Assembly (NCBI GenBank): GCA_003523055.1
Contig: DPHC01000014.1
Location: forward strand, 60,312 to 124,311
DNA length: 64,000 bases
From: Dehalococcoidia bacterium
Lineage (GTDB): Bacteria > Chloroflexota > Dehalococcoidia > Lucifugimonadales > UBA3495
Direction of reading: 5' to 3'
In this document: positions 1 through 9,155 of the stretch, piece after piece
How positions within the stretch are numbered: position 1 is the first letter of the stretch
Layout: each line of letters begins with the position of its first letter
Position numbers and translations under genes: made by a program
The notes under the pieces: model-generated
Told to the model about the DNA's origin: nothing
The model's input: the letters and a program-made list of their open reading frames with translations, nothing else
The model's database searches: none

Positions 1-542
1 TTTTGCGGGTCAGGGTATGTCCAGTAAGATTCACCTTGGTATTGAATACTGCTTCCTAGAGATTGAGTGAACCCTTTTCGTATGACGATTGCTACTTTAT
101 TAGAGATTTGTTGCCCTAGTACAGATATGATTAGAGACTCATACAAGTCAGTACTTCTGGTATTGTGAAAACCCAAGTGGCTAGCAATAACTTGAGTCAT
201 TACACCGTCAGTAGCACAAATATCATAGAATCCCTGAATGTTTTGGTCCATACCTAAGAGCCATTCAATCTTACGTTTAATTAAATATTTACTATCGGAA
301 TCTGTCGGGCCAGTTAATATACTGCAACTTACAGGGCTAAAAGGAGATTGGATTTTCTGCCTTAATTCTACCAAAATAGGCTCCATATAAGACGCTGGCA
401 ATATAGCACGTTTATGAATGAATTCATCTGTATCAGGGTCAATATGGTCTAATCCATTATAGTTAGAACTACCAGCAGTCAATTGCAGATCAAAAGGGAA
501 ATTTACATCTAGTTTTATGATGTCAGAATTTATGTTGTTCAT
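1..542 (-). CDS. HhH-GPD DNA glycosylase (AlkA / 3-methyladenine glycosylase II-like), C-terminal part runs off the window
   Basis: Not in the ORF track because it is open at the window edge. My translation of the minus strand from ATG (complement of 540-542) gives MNNINSDIIKLDVNFPFDLQLTAGSSNYNG...TDLYESLIISVLGQQISNKVAIVIRKGF. This looks like an AlkA-type N-terminal domain followed by the start of the HhH-GPD core (LxxxIxGQQxS). Confidence 0.5.
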   Translation of the reverse strand, partial: MNNINSDIIKLDVNFPFDLQLTAGSSNYNGLDHIDPDTDEFIHKRAILPASYMEPILVELRQKIQSPFSPVSCSILTGPTDSDSKYLIKRKIEWLLGMDQNIQGFYDICATDGVMTQVIASHLGFHNTRSTDLYESLIISVLGQQISNKVAIVIRKGFTQSLGSSIQYQGESYWTYPDPQ

Positions 543-555
543 TTTATTAAATATA

Positions 556-1395
556 TCAGGAGTTTAAAATGTCGTTGATATTAGTGTAAGTCACGGCCAT
601 CAAAGTGTCTGAGTCTAATTCAGCATTCATCAGGTGCTCTAGAGATCTATGGTGTTTGACTACTGGGTAGTCACTACCTAATAGGATTTGCCTCGAACCT
701 ACTAACGATTCAACAGTTTTGTATACGTCACTGCTGTAAAGATAAGGAGCAGCAGCACTGTCAAAGTATACTTTACTTAGAATTGCTTTAATTTCAGGCA
801 TCAATGCATAAAATGGTAAGCCTCCACCAAAATGCGCACAAATAATAATATTGTTTTGGAAGTTGCGTATGAATTCTATAATTTTACTAGGATATGTTTT
901 TCCTTTACCGGAATACGGATGCCCTAGAGGTTCTGAGGAATGTAAAACTACAGGAAGACTATATTTCTCACAGAATTGCATTATTGGAGTGAATTCTACA
1001 GATGAAGTGAGGTCTATATTTTGAGTGTCAGGATGTATTTCTCCTACTCCCTTTGCCCCATTTTTAAAGCATCTTTCTAATTCATATAAGGCTTTATCAC
1101 CCCATTTAGGATTTATTGAACAAAATGGAATTAACCTTCCAGGGTATTTGTTTGATGAATCTATTAAATAGTCATTCATATCTGACGCTAGTTCGATATC
1201 TGTCCATCCCATGCCAAGGGTGACGGATTTATTTATGTTTGATTCATCCATACTTTGGATTAAAGATTCTACATCCGATGGAGGTGCGGATTTTTGAAAA
1301 AGCTCAGCGTAAGTAGCATCTACCATGAGTAATTGTTCATGGGAAAGCCTGTGATTTTTAGGAAATATATGAGTATGGCTATCTATAATCATCAT
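556..1395 (-). CDS. Amidohydrolase-2 family metal-dependent hydrolase (TIM barrel)
   Basis: 279 aa. It has an N-terminal IDSHTHIFP metal-binding motif plus GVGEIHP, VVLHSSEP, AHFGGG and LGSDYP motifs typical of this family. Confidence 0.7.
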   Translation of the reverse strand: MMIIDSHTHIFPKNHRLSHEQLLMVDATYAELFQKSAPPSDVESLIQSMDESNINKSVTLGMGWTDIELASDMNDYLIDSSNKYPGRLIPFCSINPKWGDKALYELERCFKNGAKGVGEIHPDTQNIDLTSSVEFTPIMQFCEKYSLPVVLHSSEPLGHPYSGKGKTYPSKIIEFIRNFQNNIIICAHFGGGLPFYALMPEIKAILSKVYFDSAAAPYLYSSDVYKTVESLVGSRQILLGSDYPVVKHHRSLEHLMNAELDSDTLMAVTYTNINDILNS

Positions 1396-1466
1396 GAAAC
1401 AGAATACTTCATATTACTATGCGCGTCAAAGATTTGAATCGACAGATCGATTATAATGTTTATTGA

Positions 1467-1889
1467 TTGATTAAAAACATAAAGGAATTGACGAGAATGC
1501 AGGAACTAAATGTTGCCTACATACAACGGTTAATAGATAAACGGAACCTTGTTTCAAACACCATTTTATTATTTGTGACCTGCGGTTTTTTCTGGGTGTA
1601 TTGGTTGTATCTTATAGCAAGTGATTTAAACCGCTTGAATGGCATAGAATGGGAGAAAAGCCAGTGGATTTTTATGCTCTCTAACCCGCTGGGGTGGATT
1701 TTATTGATGGCCCACGTTGTAAATTGCTGGCATTTACTGACGGGAGTTTCGAAATTTAAAATGGGTTTAATAGTTTTAGCTTTCGGAGGCGGGATACTAT
1801 CAGTTATACGAATCCAGTATTTGTTAAACAGAATATGGGAAGGTAACCAGACTTATTACTGGCCACCAGATTTTTCTGATACTAAATAG
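1467..1889 (+). CDS. Small integral membrane protein, DUF4234-like
   Basis: 140 aa with hydrophobic helices. The TCGFFWVYWLYLIASDLNRL segment resembles the DUF4234 signature. The ORF-track start is TTG; an ATG at 1497 (MQELNV) is an alternative start. Confidence 0.35.
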   Translation: MIKNIKELTRMQELNVAYIQRLIDKRNLVSNTILLFVTCGFFWVYWLYLIASDLNRLNGIEWEKSQWIFMLSNPLGWILLMAHVVNCWHLLTGVSKFKMGLIVLAFGGGILSVIRIQYLLNRIWEGNQTYYWPPDFSDTK

Positions 1890-1893
1890 ATAA

Positions 1894-3156
1894 TTATTGG
1901 CGGACTTGTCCATTTCCTATGCCCACCCATTTGTATGAAGTTAATTCACGTAAACCCAAAGGCCCGCGAGCATGGAATTTTTGAGTGCTTATGCCTACTT
2001 CGGCTCCAAAACCAAATTGTGATCCATCTGTAAATCTTGTGCTAGCATTAACAAAAACTGCAGCAGCATCGACATTTCGTGTAAATACATTTTGAGATTC
2101 TTGATTTTCACTTAAGATAACTTCAGTGTGGCCTGAACCATATTTTTGTATGTGTTGTAATGCATCTGAGAGTGAATCCATTGTTTTAATGGATAATACA
2201 AGTGATAAAAATTCAGTACCCCAGTCATCATCCGTAGCCTCTTTAATCAGATTACTAGGTTTATATTGAATGGTTTCTAAGACTTCTTTGTCGCATCTTA
2301 CTTCCACTTGATTCTTTGTTAAGTCTTCAATTAATTGTATGAGCATCTGTTTGTCAGCATTTTTATGAACCAACACAGTATCTAACGCATTACAAACGGT
2401 TGGTCTTTGTGTTTTAGAATTAATTATTATTGGTATTACTTTACTTGGATCTGCTTCTTCATCTACAAATGCATGACAAACGCCTACGCCTCCGGCAACA
2501 ACAGGCATAGTTGCATTTTCATAAACATAGTTTATTAATTGGCTTCCTCCCCGTGGTACTAATAAATCTATGTATTCATTCAACTGTAATATCTCGTTGA
2601 CGACACTACGGTCTGTATTCGTAATTAACCCGACACAAGTTTCTGGCAGCCCAGTTGACGTTAAAGATTCTTTTAATATATCAACCAATATTTTATTAGA
2701 GTTGATGCTTTCTTTTCCTCCTCTAAGTAAAGCTGCATTTCCAGATTTTATTGCTAGGCATCCAATATCAATCGTCACGTTAGGACGACTTTCATAAATG
2801 GATGCCAAAACACCTAATGGTACTCGGATTTTTTTAAGATCAATCCCATTGTAGAGAGTTTTCTGTTCAATTATTTCACCTACAGGATCTTTTAAGTCTT
2901 TGATAGTCAGCACATCATTTGCCATTGTCTGAATTCGATCTTTGTTTAACATAAGCCTGTCTAACATTTGATCATTCAAACCTAATTGCTTTGCTTCTTG
3001 GCAGTCGATATTATTGGCGTTGATTATTTGGTCTGTTTTTTTTATAAGAAGGTGTGCTACTTTTTTTAAAACCTCGTTTCGCAGTTCTGTACTAGACACA
3101 GATAATACTGTAGACGATTTTTTTGTTTCTGATGCTATTTTAATTAAATTGCTCAT
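1894..3156 (-). CDS. proA: Gamma-glutamyl phosphate reductase
   Basis: 420 aa of the aldehyde dehydrogenase fold, with typical ProA segments (IYESRPNVT, LLRGGKE, VCNA, GHTE, VNASTRFTDG). It overlaps proB by 4 nt. Confidence 0.9.
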   Translation of the reverse strand: MSNLIKIASETKKSSTVLSVSSTELRNEVLKKVAHLLIKKTDQIINANNIDCQEAKQLGLNDQMLDRLMLNKDRIQTMANDVLTIKDLKDPVGEIIEQKTLYNGIDLKKIRVPLGVLASIYESRPNVTIDIGCLAIKSGNAALLRGGKESINSNKILVDILKESLTSTGLPETCVGLITNTDRSVVNEILQLNEYIDLLVPRGGSQLINYVYENATMPVVAGGVGVCHAFVDEEADPSKVIPIIINSKTQRPTVCNALDTVLVHKNADKQMLIQLIEDLTKNQVEVRCDKEVLETIQYKPSNLIKEATDDDWGTEFLSLVLSIKTMDSLSDALQHIQKYGSGHTEVILSENQESQNVFTRNVDAAAVFVNASTRFTDGSQFGFGAEVGISTQKFHARGPLGLRELTSYKWVGIGNGQVRQ

Positions 3157-4298
3157 AATGTTATCAAATTATCTTTATGTATGATCTCTTCTCCGTAATT
3201 ATAGCCTAATTCCGATTCTATCAATTTAGATTGTTTCCCCAGAACTTTTTTTATATCGTTCGATGAGTAATTAGTAATGCCACAAGCAAAAGGCTCAGGT
3301 TTAGAAGCGGTGTTTATGTATATAACATCTCCTCTATTAAATTCACCGTTAATAGTTGTAATTCCTGAAGGTAATAAACTAGCATTTTGGTTAAGAGCTA
3401 CCTCTGCTCCAAGGTCTACTGTGATAGAAGCATTTTGATGGCTGGTTACTATTGCTAACATCCAAGTTTTACGAGATTCAAGTCGTCCTTCTTTAGGTCT
3501 GAATAAAGTTCCGACCTGATTTCCAGCAGCAGCTTCTATTAAAACATTATGTGTGTTTCCATTACATAAAATCATTGGAATTCCAGCAGACGTCACTAAT
3601 CTGGCAGCTTCAATTTTTGTAACCATACCACCACGTGCCCAGGGGTTTATATTATTTCCAATCATTTGAGTAATACTGTCATCTATTACTGAGACTTCCT
3701 CTACTAATACTGCTGTTTCATTCACATTAGGATCTTTGTCATATAGTCCGTCAGTGTCACTTAATATGATCAGAAGATCTGCGTCTATCAGATTGGCAAC
3801 CAGAGCTGACAATCTATCGTTATCACCAAACACAGTACTTATTTCTTCAACGGCAACAACGTCATTCTCGTTTAGGATTGGTAACACATTTACATTTAGT
3901 AGGCTTAAGAGAGTGTTTTTAATATTTAAATAGGATTGTCTATTGGTTAAATCATTGCTGGTAAGCAGTGTTTGGGCTGTAAATATTTCAGATTTTCCAA
4001 ATGCTTCCTGATAATAATTCATTAGTCTGCTTTGACCTATAGCTGCCAAAACTTGACGAGACACTATGTTCTTTTTTGTTTGGTTATCAGGGTTATGATT
4101 AATTATTTCTCTTCCTGCAGCTATAGCTCCAGATGAAATAAATACTACTTCATGCCCAGATTGCACTAGATTGACTATTTGATCGACAATCTGATTTACT
4201 GAATTCTCATTTAATTGAGTGTGTTCCTCACCTTTTGTGAGAACAGCGGTTCCAGCTTTAATTACTATTCTTTTATATTTCTTTTCCATATTACCCAT
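3153..4298 (-). CDS. proB: Glutamate 5-kinase with C-terminal PUA domain
   Basis: 381 aa. It shows the amino-acid kinase fold (RIVIKAGTAVLT, FISSGAIAAG, FGDNDRLSA, LSDTDGLY) and a PUA-like C-terminus. It is operonic with proA. Confidence 0.9.
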   Translation of the reverse strand: MGNMEKKYKRIVIKAGTAVLTKGEEHTQLNENSVNQIVDQIVNLVQSGHEVVFISSGAIAAGREIINHNPDNQTKKNIVSRQVLAAIGQSRLMNYYQEAFGKSEIFTAQTLLTSNDLTNRQSYLNIKNTLLSLLNVNVLPILNENDVVAVEEISTVFGDNDRLSALVANLIDADLLIILSDTDGLYDKDPNVNETAVLVEEVSVIDDSITQMIGNNINPWARGGMVTKIEAARLVTSAGIPMILCNGNTHNVLIEAAAGNQVGTLFRPKEGRLESRKTWMLAIVTSHQNASITVDLGAEVALNQNASLLPSGITTINGEFNRGDVIYINTASKPEPFACGITNYSSNDIKKVLGKQSKLIESELGYNYGEEIIHKDNLITL

Positions 4299-4470
4299 GA
4301 TTACGTCTGATTATAAATCTTCATCGCCCTGAATTGTCATAATTTCGGATACTTTTATTGTAAAAAATACTTTACAATCAGATTGTATCAATTTTTGAAT
4401 TACTTTAGTCGTTGAATTATTAGTGACTTGTTAGTATATTCTATTAGAGATTAATAACATTTATAGGCTT

Positions 4471-7400
4471 ATGTCATCACAAGGTATTGGATATTATATC
4501 AACCCAATAATCTCGCCTGAATCTAAAAAACGATTTGGAGACACATTGGGTAGTGCTGTTAAAGTTGGCAGCAGAGGGAAAGAAGCTATTATATCGCTTC
4601 TTGAGGAAACGCACGCCCACAAACCGTTGTTGATAATAACACCTAAACAATCAGACGCTCGAAAATTATCTAGTGATCTAACCACATATTTTGGTTCCAA
4701 CCGTTCTGTAATGCTATTCCCAGACTCAGATGTTTTACCTTTTGAACGACTCGTAGTGGATACAAGAACCACTAATGAAAGATTAATCGCATTATCCAAT
4801 ATAAGTAGTTCAAATAACATTGATAATTCTCATCCAATTTTAATATCTTCTATAGGGGCGGCTCTTCGCAAGACATTAAGCCCTGCTATATTCACTGCTG
4901 AATTGACAGGCAATGTCACACTATCTCAAGGGTTAGAACTAAACAGCATTGAAGAATTCCTAAACAGGTTAGTAAATATGGGATATAAAAATGTATCCTT
5001 AGTTGAAGCTCCAGGGTCTTTCAGCCACAGAGGAGGAATTATAGACGTATATCCTCCAAATCTGTTATATCCGATCAGAATAGATTTATGGGACACTATC
5101 ATCGAAACTATTAAAGAATTTGATGTCAATACTCAGAGATCTATAGGTACTACTGCAGATGTTTTTGAAATCATATGTGCAGGTGAGCAACTGAGTTGTT
5201 GTATTGATTCAAGCGACTTAAAGGCCAAGATAAAGAAATTGGATTTTTCAAACTGCAATAGTGACATAACATCAAGAATTTCTGAAGAATTAGAATTGCT
5301 AACTGAGGCACCAGACTTGGAATCCGCTGAATTTTTTAATGGATTTTACAACCAATGCTCCTTAATAGATTACATAACTGACGACTTTTTAGTTATTTTA
5401 GATCGACCCGATTTAATTGAACATGAAGCTATTGGATTGCAAAGTAAATTTGATGTGGTCAAAGTTTCTAGGCAAGAGAGAGGAGAACTACCCAAACATT
5501 TCCCGGACCCATACTTTAGCTGGCCTGATATAGACATTTATAAATATAGTAAATCTGTTGTGAAGCTAGATCATTTTGGAATTGATGATGAAGATGTAAG
5601 TAATTTGTTCCTCACCCCTAAGCAATATGCAGGCAATTTAGAAGCCCTGGTAGAAGATATGTCTTCTCTAAATTCTATGGATATTAATGTGATGGTTAGT
5701 CGACAGTCTTTTGCTAGACTGAATAGTGTGCTCACGGATCAGGAACTGACCAATTATTATCCAATAGATACATTCTCTATAGACTCGCTACGGCCTGGTT
5801 GTTGTTATTTGATTGACGGTAATTTATCTAGCGGTTGGTCTGTGTCGTTAAATGATGGGAACAAAATAAATGTATTGACCGATAATGAAATGTTTGGCAT
5901 CAGTAGAACTTCGGTTAATAGTAATTCAGGCAATGAAAAGAAATATAATGGCTTTCAATCTCTGCATGAATTAACAGTGGATTCTTATGTGGTACATATA
6001 GATCATGGTATTTCCAAATTTGTAGGATTAACTACTATGAATGCTTTTTCTGATAAAGAATATTTGATACTGGAATATGCGCAAGAAGATAAATTATATG
6101 TACCAACAGACCAGTTACACAGAGTTTCTCCATTTGTAGGCACCTCAGATCAGGCGCCAGCACTTACCCGGTTAGCTTCAACTGAATGGACTAAATTAAA
6201 GCAAAAAGTTAAAGAATCAGCACAGGAATTGGCTAAAGAACTTCTAGATGTTCAAGTGGAAAGAGAGGCTCACACAGGAATGTCTTTTCCTGAAGACACC
6301 GTATGGCAAGAAGAATTTGAACAGTCATTTATATACACTGAAACAGTCGATCAAATGCAGGCGATAATTGAAGTTAAAACTGATATGCAATCAACTAAGC
6401 CGATGGATAGGCTGATTTGTGGGGATGTAGGTTATGGAAAGACAGAAGTAGCGCTGAGGGCGGCTTTTAAAGTTGTAGCGGAAGGTATGCAAGTTGCTAT
6501 ATTAGTTCCTACTACTGTACTAGCTCAACAGCACCTTAGCACGTTTAGTGAACGGTTACACCCATATTCTATGATAGTCGATTCTCTTAGCAGATTTAGA
6601 ACCAAAAAAGAACAAATAGAAGTTTTAGAGAAACTCCAAAATGGAACCGTAGATGTAGTTATAGGTACTCATAGATTGCTGCAGTCTGATGTTGGGTTTA
6701 AAAACTTAGGGTTAATAGTAGTGGATGAAGAGCAACGATTTGGAGTCATGCATAAAGAATTACTCAAGAAACTTCGTCGCTCAGTTGATATTATTTCTAT
6801 TAGTGCTACTCCGATTCCTAGAACACTGAATATGGCATTGTCGGGTATAAAAGACATGAGTATCATGTACACCCCACCTGACCTCAGATTGCCTGTTAAA
6901 ACATTTGCTTGTGAATATAGTGAGGAAGTAATTGTAGATGCTGTGATGCGAGAAATTGAAAGAGAAGGTCAAGTGTTTTTTGTGCACAATAGGGTAAAGA
7001 CTATGCCTGACGTTGTTCAGAAATTGAGAGAACTGATGCCAAGTGTTAGTTTTTCTTACGCTCATGGAAGAATGAATGAAGACGAATTAGAATCTGCGAT
7101 GCTTAAATTCGCTCAAAAAGAATCTGATGTATTGGTATGCACGACTATAATTGAGTCAGGTATAGACTTGCCTAATGTAAATACAATAATTCTCGATAGA
7201 GCGGATAGATTTGGGTTGTCCCAAATGTACCAATTACGAGGGAGAGTCGGGCGAGGAGAACGACGAGCTTATGCATATCTGATGGTTCCTAGAGGAAGAA
7301 GCATAACAGAAAATGCAGAACGTCGTATAGAAGCTATAATGGAAGCGTCAGAATTAGGCGCAGGTTTCCAAATTGCTATGCGAGACTTAGAAATAAGAGG

Positions 7401-7992
7401 AGCAGGTAATATTTTAGGGTCTGCACAGAGTGGTCATATTAAATCTGTGGGGTTGGAGCTATATAGCCAAATATTAAGCCAGGCAGTAGAAGATCTTAAC
7501 CCACAAGAAAGGAATGCATCTAAAACAGTTGAAGCTTTTGGGCGAGATTTGGCTATTATAGATCTGCCTGTAGAAGCATATATTCCGGATGATTATATAA
7601 GCCATTTGCCATCTAAACTTGGAGTATATCATAGGCTTTCAAAATCTATGTCGGATGAGGACGTTATAGATATGAAAGATGAATTACGCGATAGATTTGG
7701 AGTTTTACCTTTGCCAGTTGAGAAACTATTTGACATTATAGGAGTTAGGAATTTCGCATCTACTTTGGGTGTTAAAATTATTAAACATATAGATAACGCA
7801 GCTTCTATTGGTTTCATTGAAGATTTTGGAGGAGCTAAGTATGCGTTACAGAAAGCCCTAGGTCCAACTATAAGTGTTCAAGGATCAGATATCAGAGCTC
7901 CGCTGAAACAAGATACAGATATATTAGAATTAATAACCAACGTACTTACTCGATTCAAAATCTTTAAATCTAGATTAGAGAGAATGGTTTGA
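4471..7992 (+). CDS. mfd: Transcription-repair coupling factor
   Basis: 1173 aa. It has a UvrB-homology N-terminus, a CarD-like region (VVHIDHGISKFVGL) and superfamily 2 helicase motifs (GDVGYGKTEVA, VVDEEQRFGV, SATPIPRT, LRGRVGRG). The TRG/D7 C-terminus is present. Confidence 0.92.
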   Translation: MSSQGIGYYINPIISPESKKRFGDTLGSAVKVGSRGKEAIISLLEETHAHKPLLIITPKQSDARKLSSDLTTYFGSNRSVMLFPDSDVLPFERLVVDTRTTNERLIALSNISSSNNIDNSHPILISSIGAALRKTLSPAIFTAELTGNVTLSQGLELNSIEEFLNRLVNMGYKNVSLVEAPGSFSHRGGIIDVYPPNLLYPIRIDLWDTIIETIKEFDVNTQRSIGTTADVFEIICAGEQLSCCIDSSDLKAKIKKLDFSNCNSDITSRISEELELLTEAPDLESAEFFNGFYNQCSLIDYITDDFLVILDRPDLIEHEAIGLQSKFDVVKVSRQERGELPKHFPDPYFSWPDIDIYKYSKSVVKLDHFGIDDEDVSNLFLTPKQYAGNLEALVEDMSSLNSMDINVMVSRQSFARLNSVLTDQELTNYYPIDTFSIDSLRPGCCYLIDGNLSSGWSVSLNDGNKINVLTDNEMFGISRTSVNSNSGNEKKYNGFQSLHELTVDSYVVHIDHGISKFVGLTTMNAFSDKEYLILEYAQEDKLYVPTDQLHRVSPFVGTSDQAPALTRLASTEWTKLKQKVKESAQELAKELLDVQVEREAHTGMSFPEDTVWQEEFEQSFIYTETVDQMQAIIEVKTDMQSTKPMDRLICGDVGYGKTEVALRAAFKVVAEGMQVAILVPTTVLAQQHLSTFSERLHPYSMIVDSLSRFRTKKEQIEVLEKLQNGTVDVVIGTHRLLQSDVGFKNLGLIVVDEEQRFGVMHKELLKKLRRSVDIISISATPIPRTLNMALSGIKDMSIMYTPPDLRLPVKTFACEYSEEVIVDAVMREIEREGQVFFVHNRVKTMPDVVQKLRELMPSVSFSYAHGRMNEDELESAMLKFAQKESDVLVCTTIIESGIDLPNVNTIILDRADRFGLSQMYQLRGRVGRGERRAYAYLMVPRGRSITENAERRIEAIMEASELGAGFQIAMRDLEIRGAGNILGSAQSGHIKSVGLELYSQILSQAVEDLNPQERNASKTVEAFGRDLAIIDLPVEAYIPDDYISHLPSKLGVYHRLSKSMSDEDVIDMKDELRDRFGVLPLPVEKLFDIIGVRNFASTLGVKIIKHIDNAASIGFIEDFGGAKYALQKALGPTISVQGSDIRAPLKQDTDILELITNVLTRFKIFKSRLERMV

Positions 7993-8552
7993 TGATGAGT
8001 GAAAAGAAAATAAATAATCACATAAAAAGCCAAGCTTCTGTTAAACAGTTGTGTATTTACTTGGTTTTGTTTGCTGCATTTATTATTTCATGTAACTCAG
8101 ATGCCGCACCTGATGCCAATAAAGCTATTGATTTTCAATATATTCTATATGACTCAGAAAACACTAAAATTGATTTTGCTACACTTTATGACAAACCTAT
8201 TATATTGAATTTTTGGGCTGGGCTTTGTCCTCCATGTAGGGCAGAAATGCCAGATTTTCAGTTGTTTCATGAACAATACGGTTCACAAGTAACTGTAATC
8301 GGAATTGATGTTGGTAAATACACAGGATTGGGTTCTAAAAAAGATGCGTTACGACTAATTGAACAATTGAATGTGGATTATGTAATAGGCGGAACATCAG
8401 AAAGCAATATAATAGAATTATATGAAGTATATGGGTTACCTACAACTGTATTTATTGACTCCGATCAAAATATTATCAGAACATGGTCTGGAGCGGTTAA
8501 CTTAGAAAAACTAAGAGACATCGGTCTCAGCATGATAGAATCTAGCCAATAA
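7989..8552 (+). CDS. TlpA/ResA-like periplasmic thiol:disulfide oxidoreductase (Cys form, CPPC), probable lipoprotein
   Basis: 187 aa. It has a signal peptide with a lipobox-like IISC, the Trx-fold motif ILNFWAGLCPPCRAEMPDF and GLPTTVFID. Its start overlaps the mfd stop (ATGA). Confidence 0.75.
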   Translation: MMMSEKKINNHIKSQASVKQLCIYLVLFAAFIISCNSDAAPDANKAIDFQYILYDSENTKIDFATLYDKPIILNFWAGLCPPCRAEMPDFQLFHEQYGSQVTVIGIDVGKYTGLGSKKDALRLIEQLNVDYVIGGTSESNIIELYEVYGLPTTVFIDSDQNIIRTWSGAVNLEKLRDIGLSMIESSQ

Positions 8553-8554
8553 TT

Positions 8555-8631
8555 CGGGGTGTAGCGCAGCTTGGTAGCGCGCATCGTTCGGGACGATGAG
8601 GCCGTAGGTTCGAATCCTATCACCCCGACCA
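8555..8631 (+). tRNA. tRNA-Pro (anticodon CGG)
   Basis: Hand-folded cloverleaf. Acceptor CGGGGTG/CACCCCG, D arm GCGC/GCGC, anticodon stem CATCG/CGATG with loop TTCGGGA, T arm GTAGG-TTCGAAT-CCTAT, discriminator A and an encoded CCA. Confidence 0.85.
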
Positions 8632-8660
8632 AACAATTAACGTTTTCATAGGAGTTAAAA

Positions 8661-9155
8661 ATGAATGTATTACAGCCGATAGCCAAAGAAGTAGCTGAAT
8701 TGCTTAAGTCAACAAATCAGACATTGTGTGTTTCAGAGTCATCAGCCGGTGGACTTATATCTGCTACATTGGTGTCCATACCAGGGGCATCTAATTATTA
8801 TGTAGGTGGAGCAGTGATTTATACAAGAGTGGCTCAAAAAGGATTACTGCTAGTGGAAGATAAAGCAATAGAACATATGAGGGCTAGCACAGAAGAATAT
8901 GCTACTTTGAATGCAGAGACGATCAAGAGCGCACTGTCGACAGACTGGGCTTTAAGTGAGACTGGAGCAAGTGGCCCGACTGGCAACAGATATGGAGATT
9001 CTTCTGGACATGCATGCATTGCTGTGGCAGGACCAGTTTCTAGATCTATAACCGTTGAAACTGGCGACACAGACAGAGAAGCTAATATGTGGGTATTTGC
9101 AACTAAAGCCCTAAATCTTTTACGAGATTGTATAAATGATTCCCAATCCGCCTAA
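8661..9155 (+). CDS. pncC: Stand-alone CinA C-terminal domain protein (nicotinamide-nucleotide amidase PncC-like)
   Basis: 164 aa. The segments TLCVSESSAGGLISATL and SETGASGPTG are typical of the CinA/PncC deamidase domain. Confidence 0.7.
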   Translation: MNVLQPIAKEVAELLKSTNQTLCVSESSAGGLISATLVSIPGASNYYVGGAVIYTRVAQKGLLLVEDKAIEHMRASTEEYATLNAETIKSALSTDWALSETGASGPTGNRYGDSSGHACIAVAGPVSRSITVETGDTDREANMWVFATKALNLLRDCINDSQSA

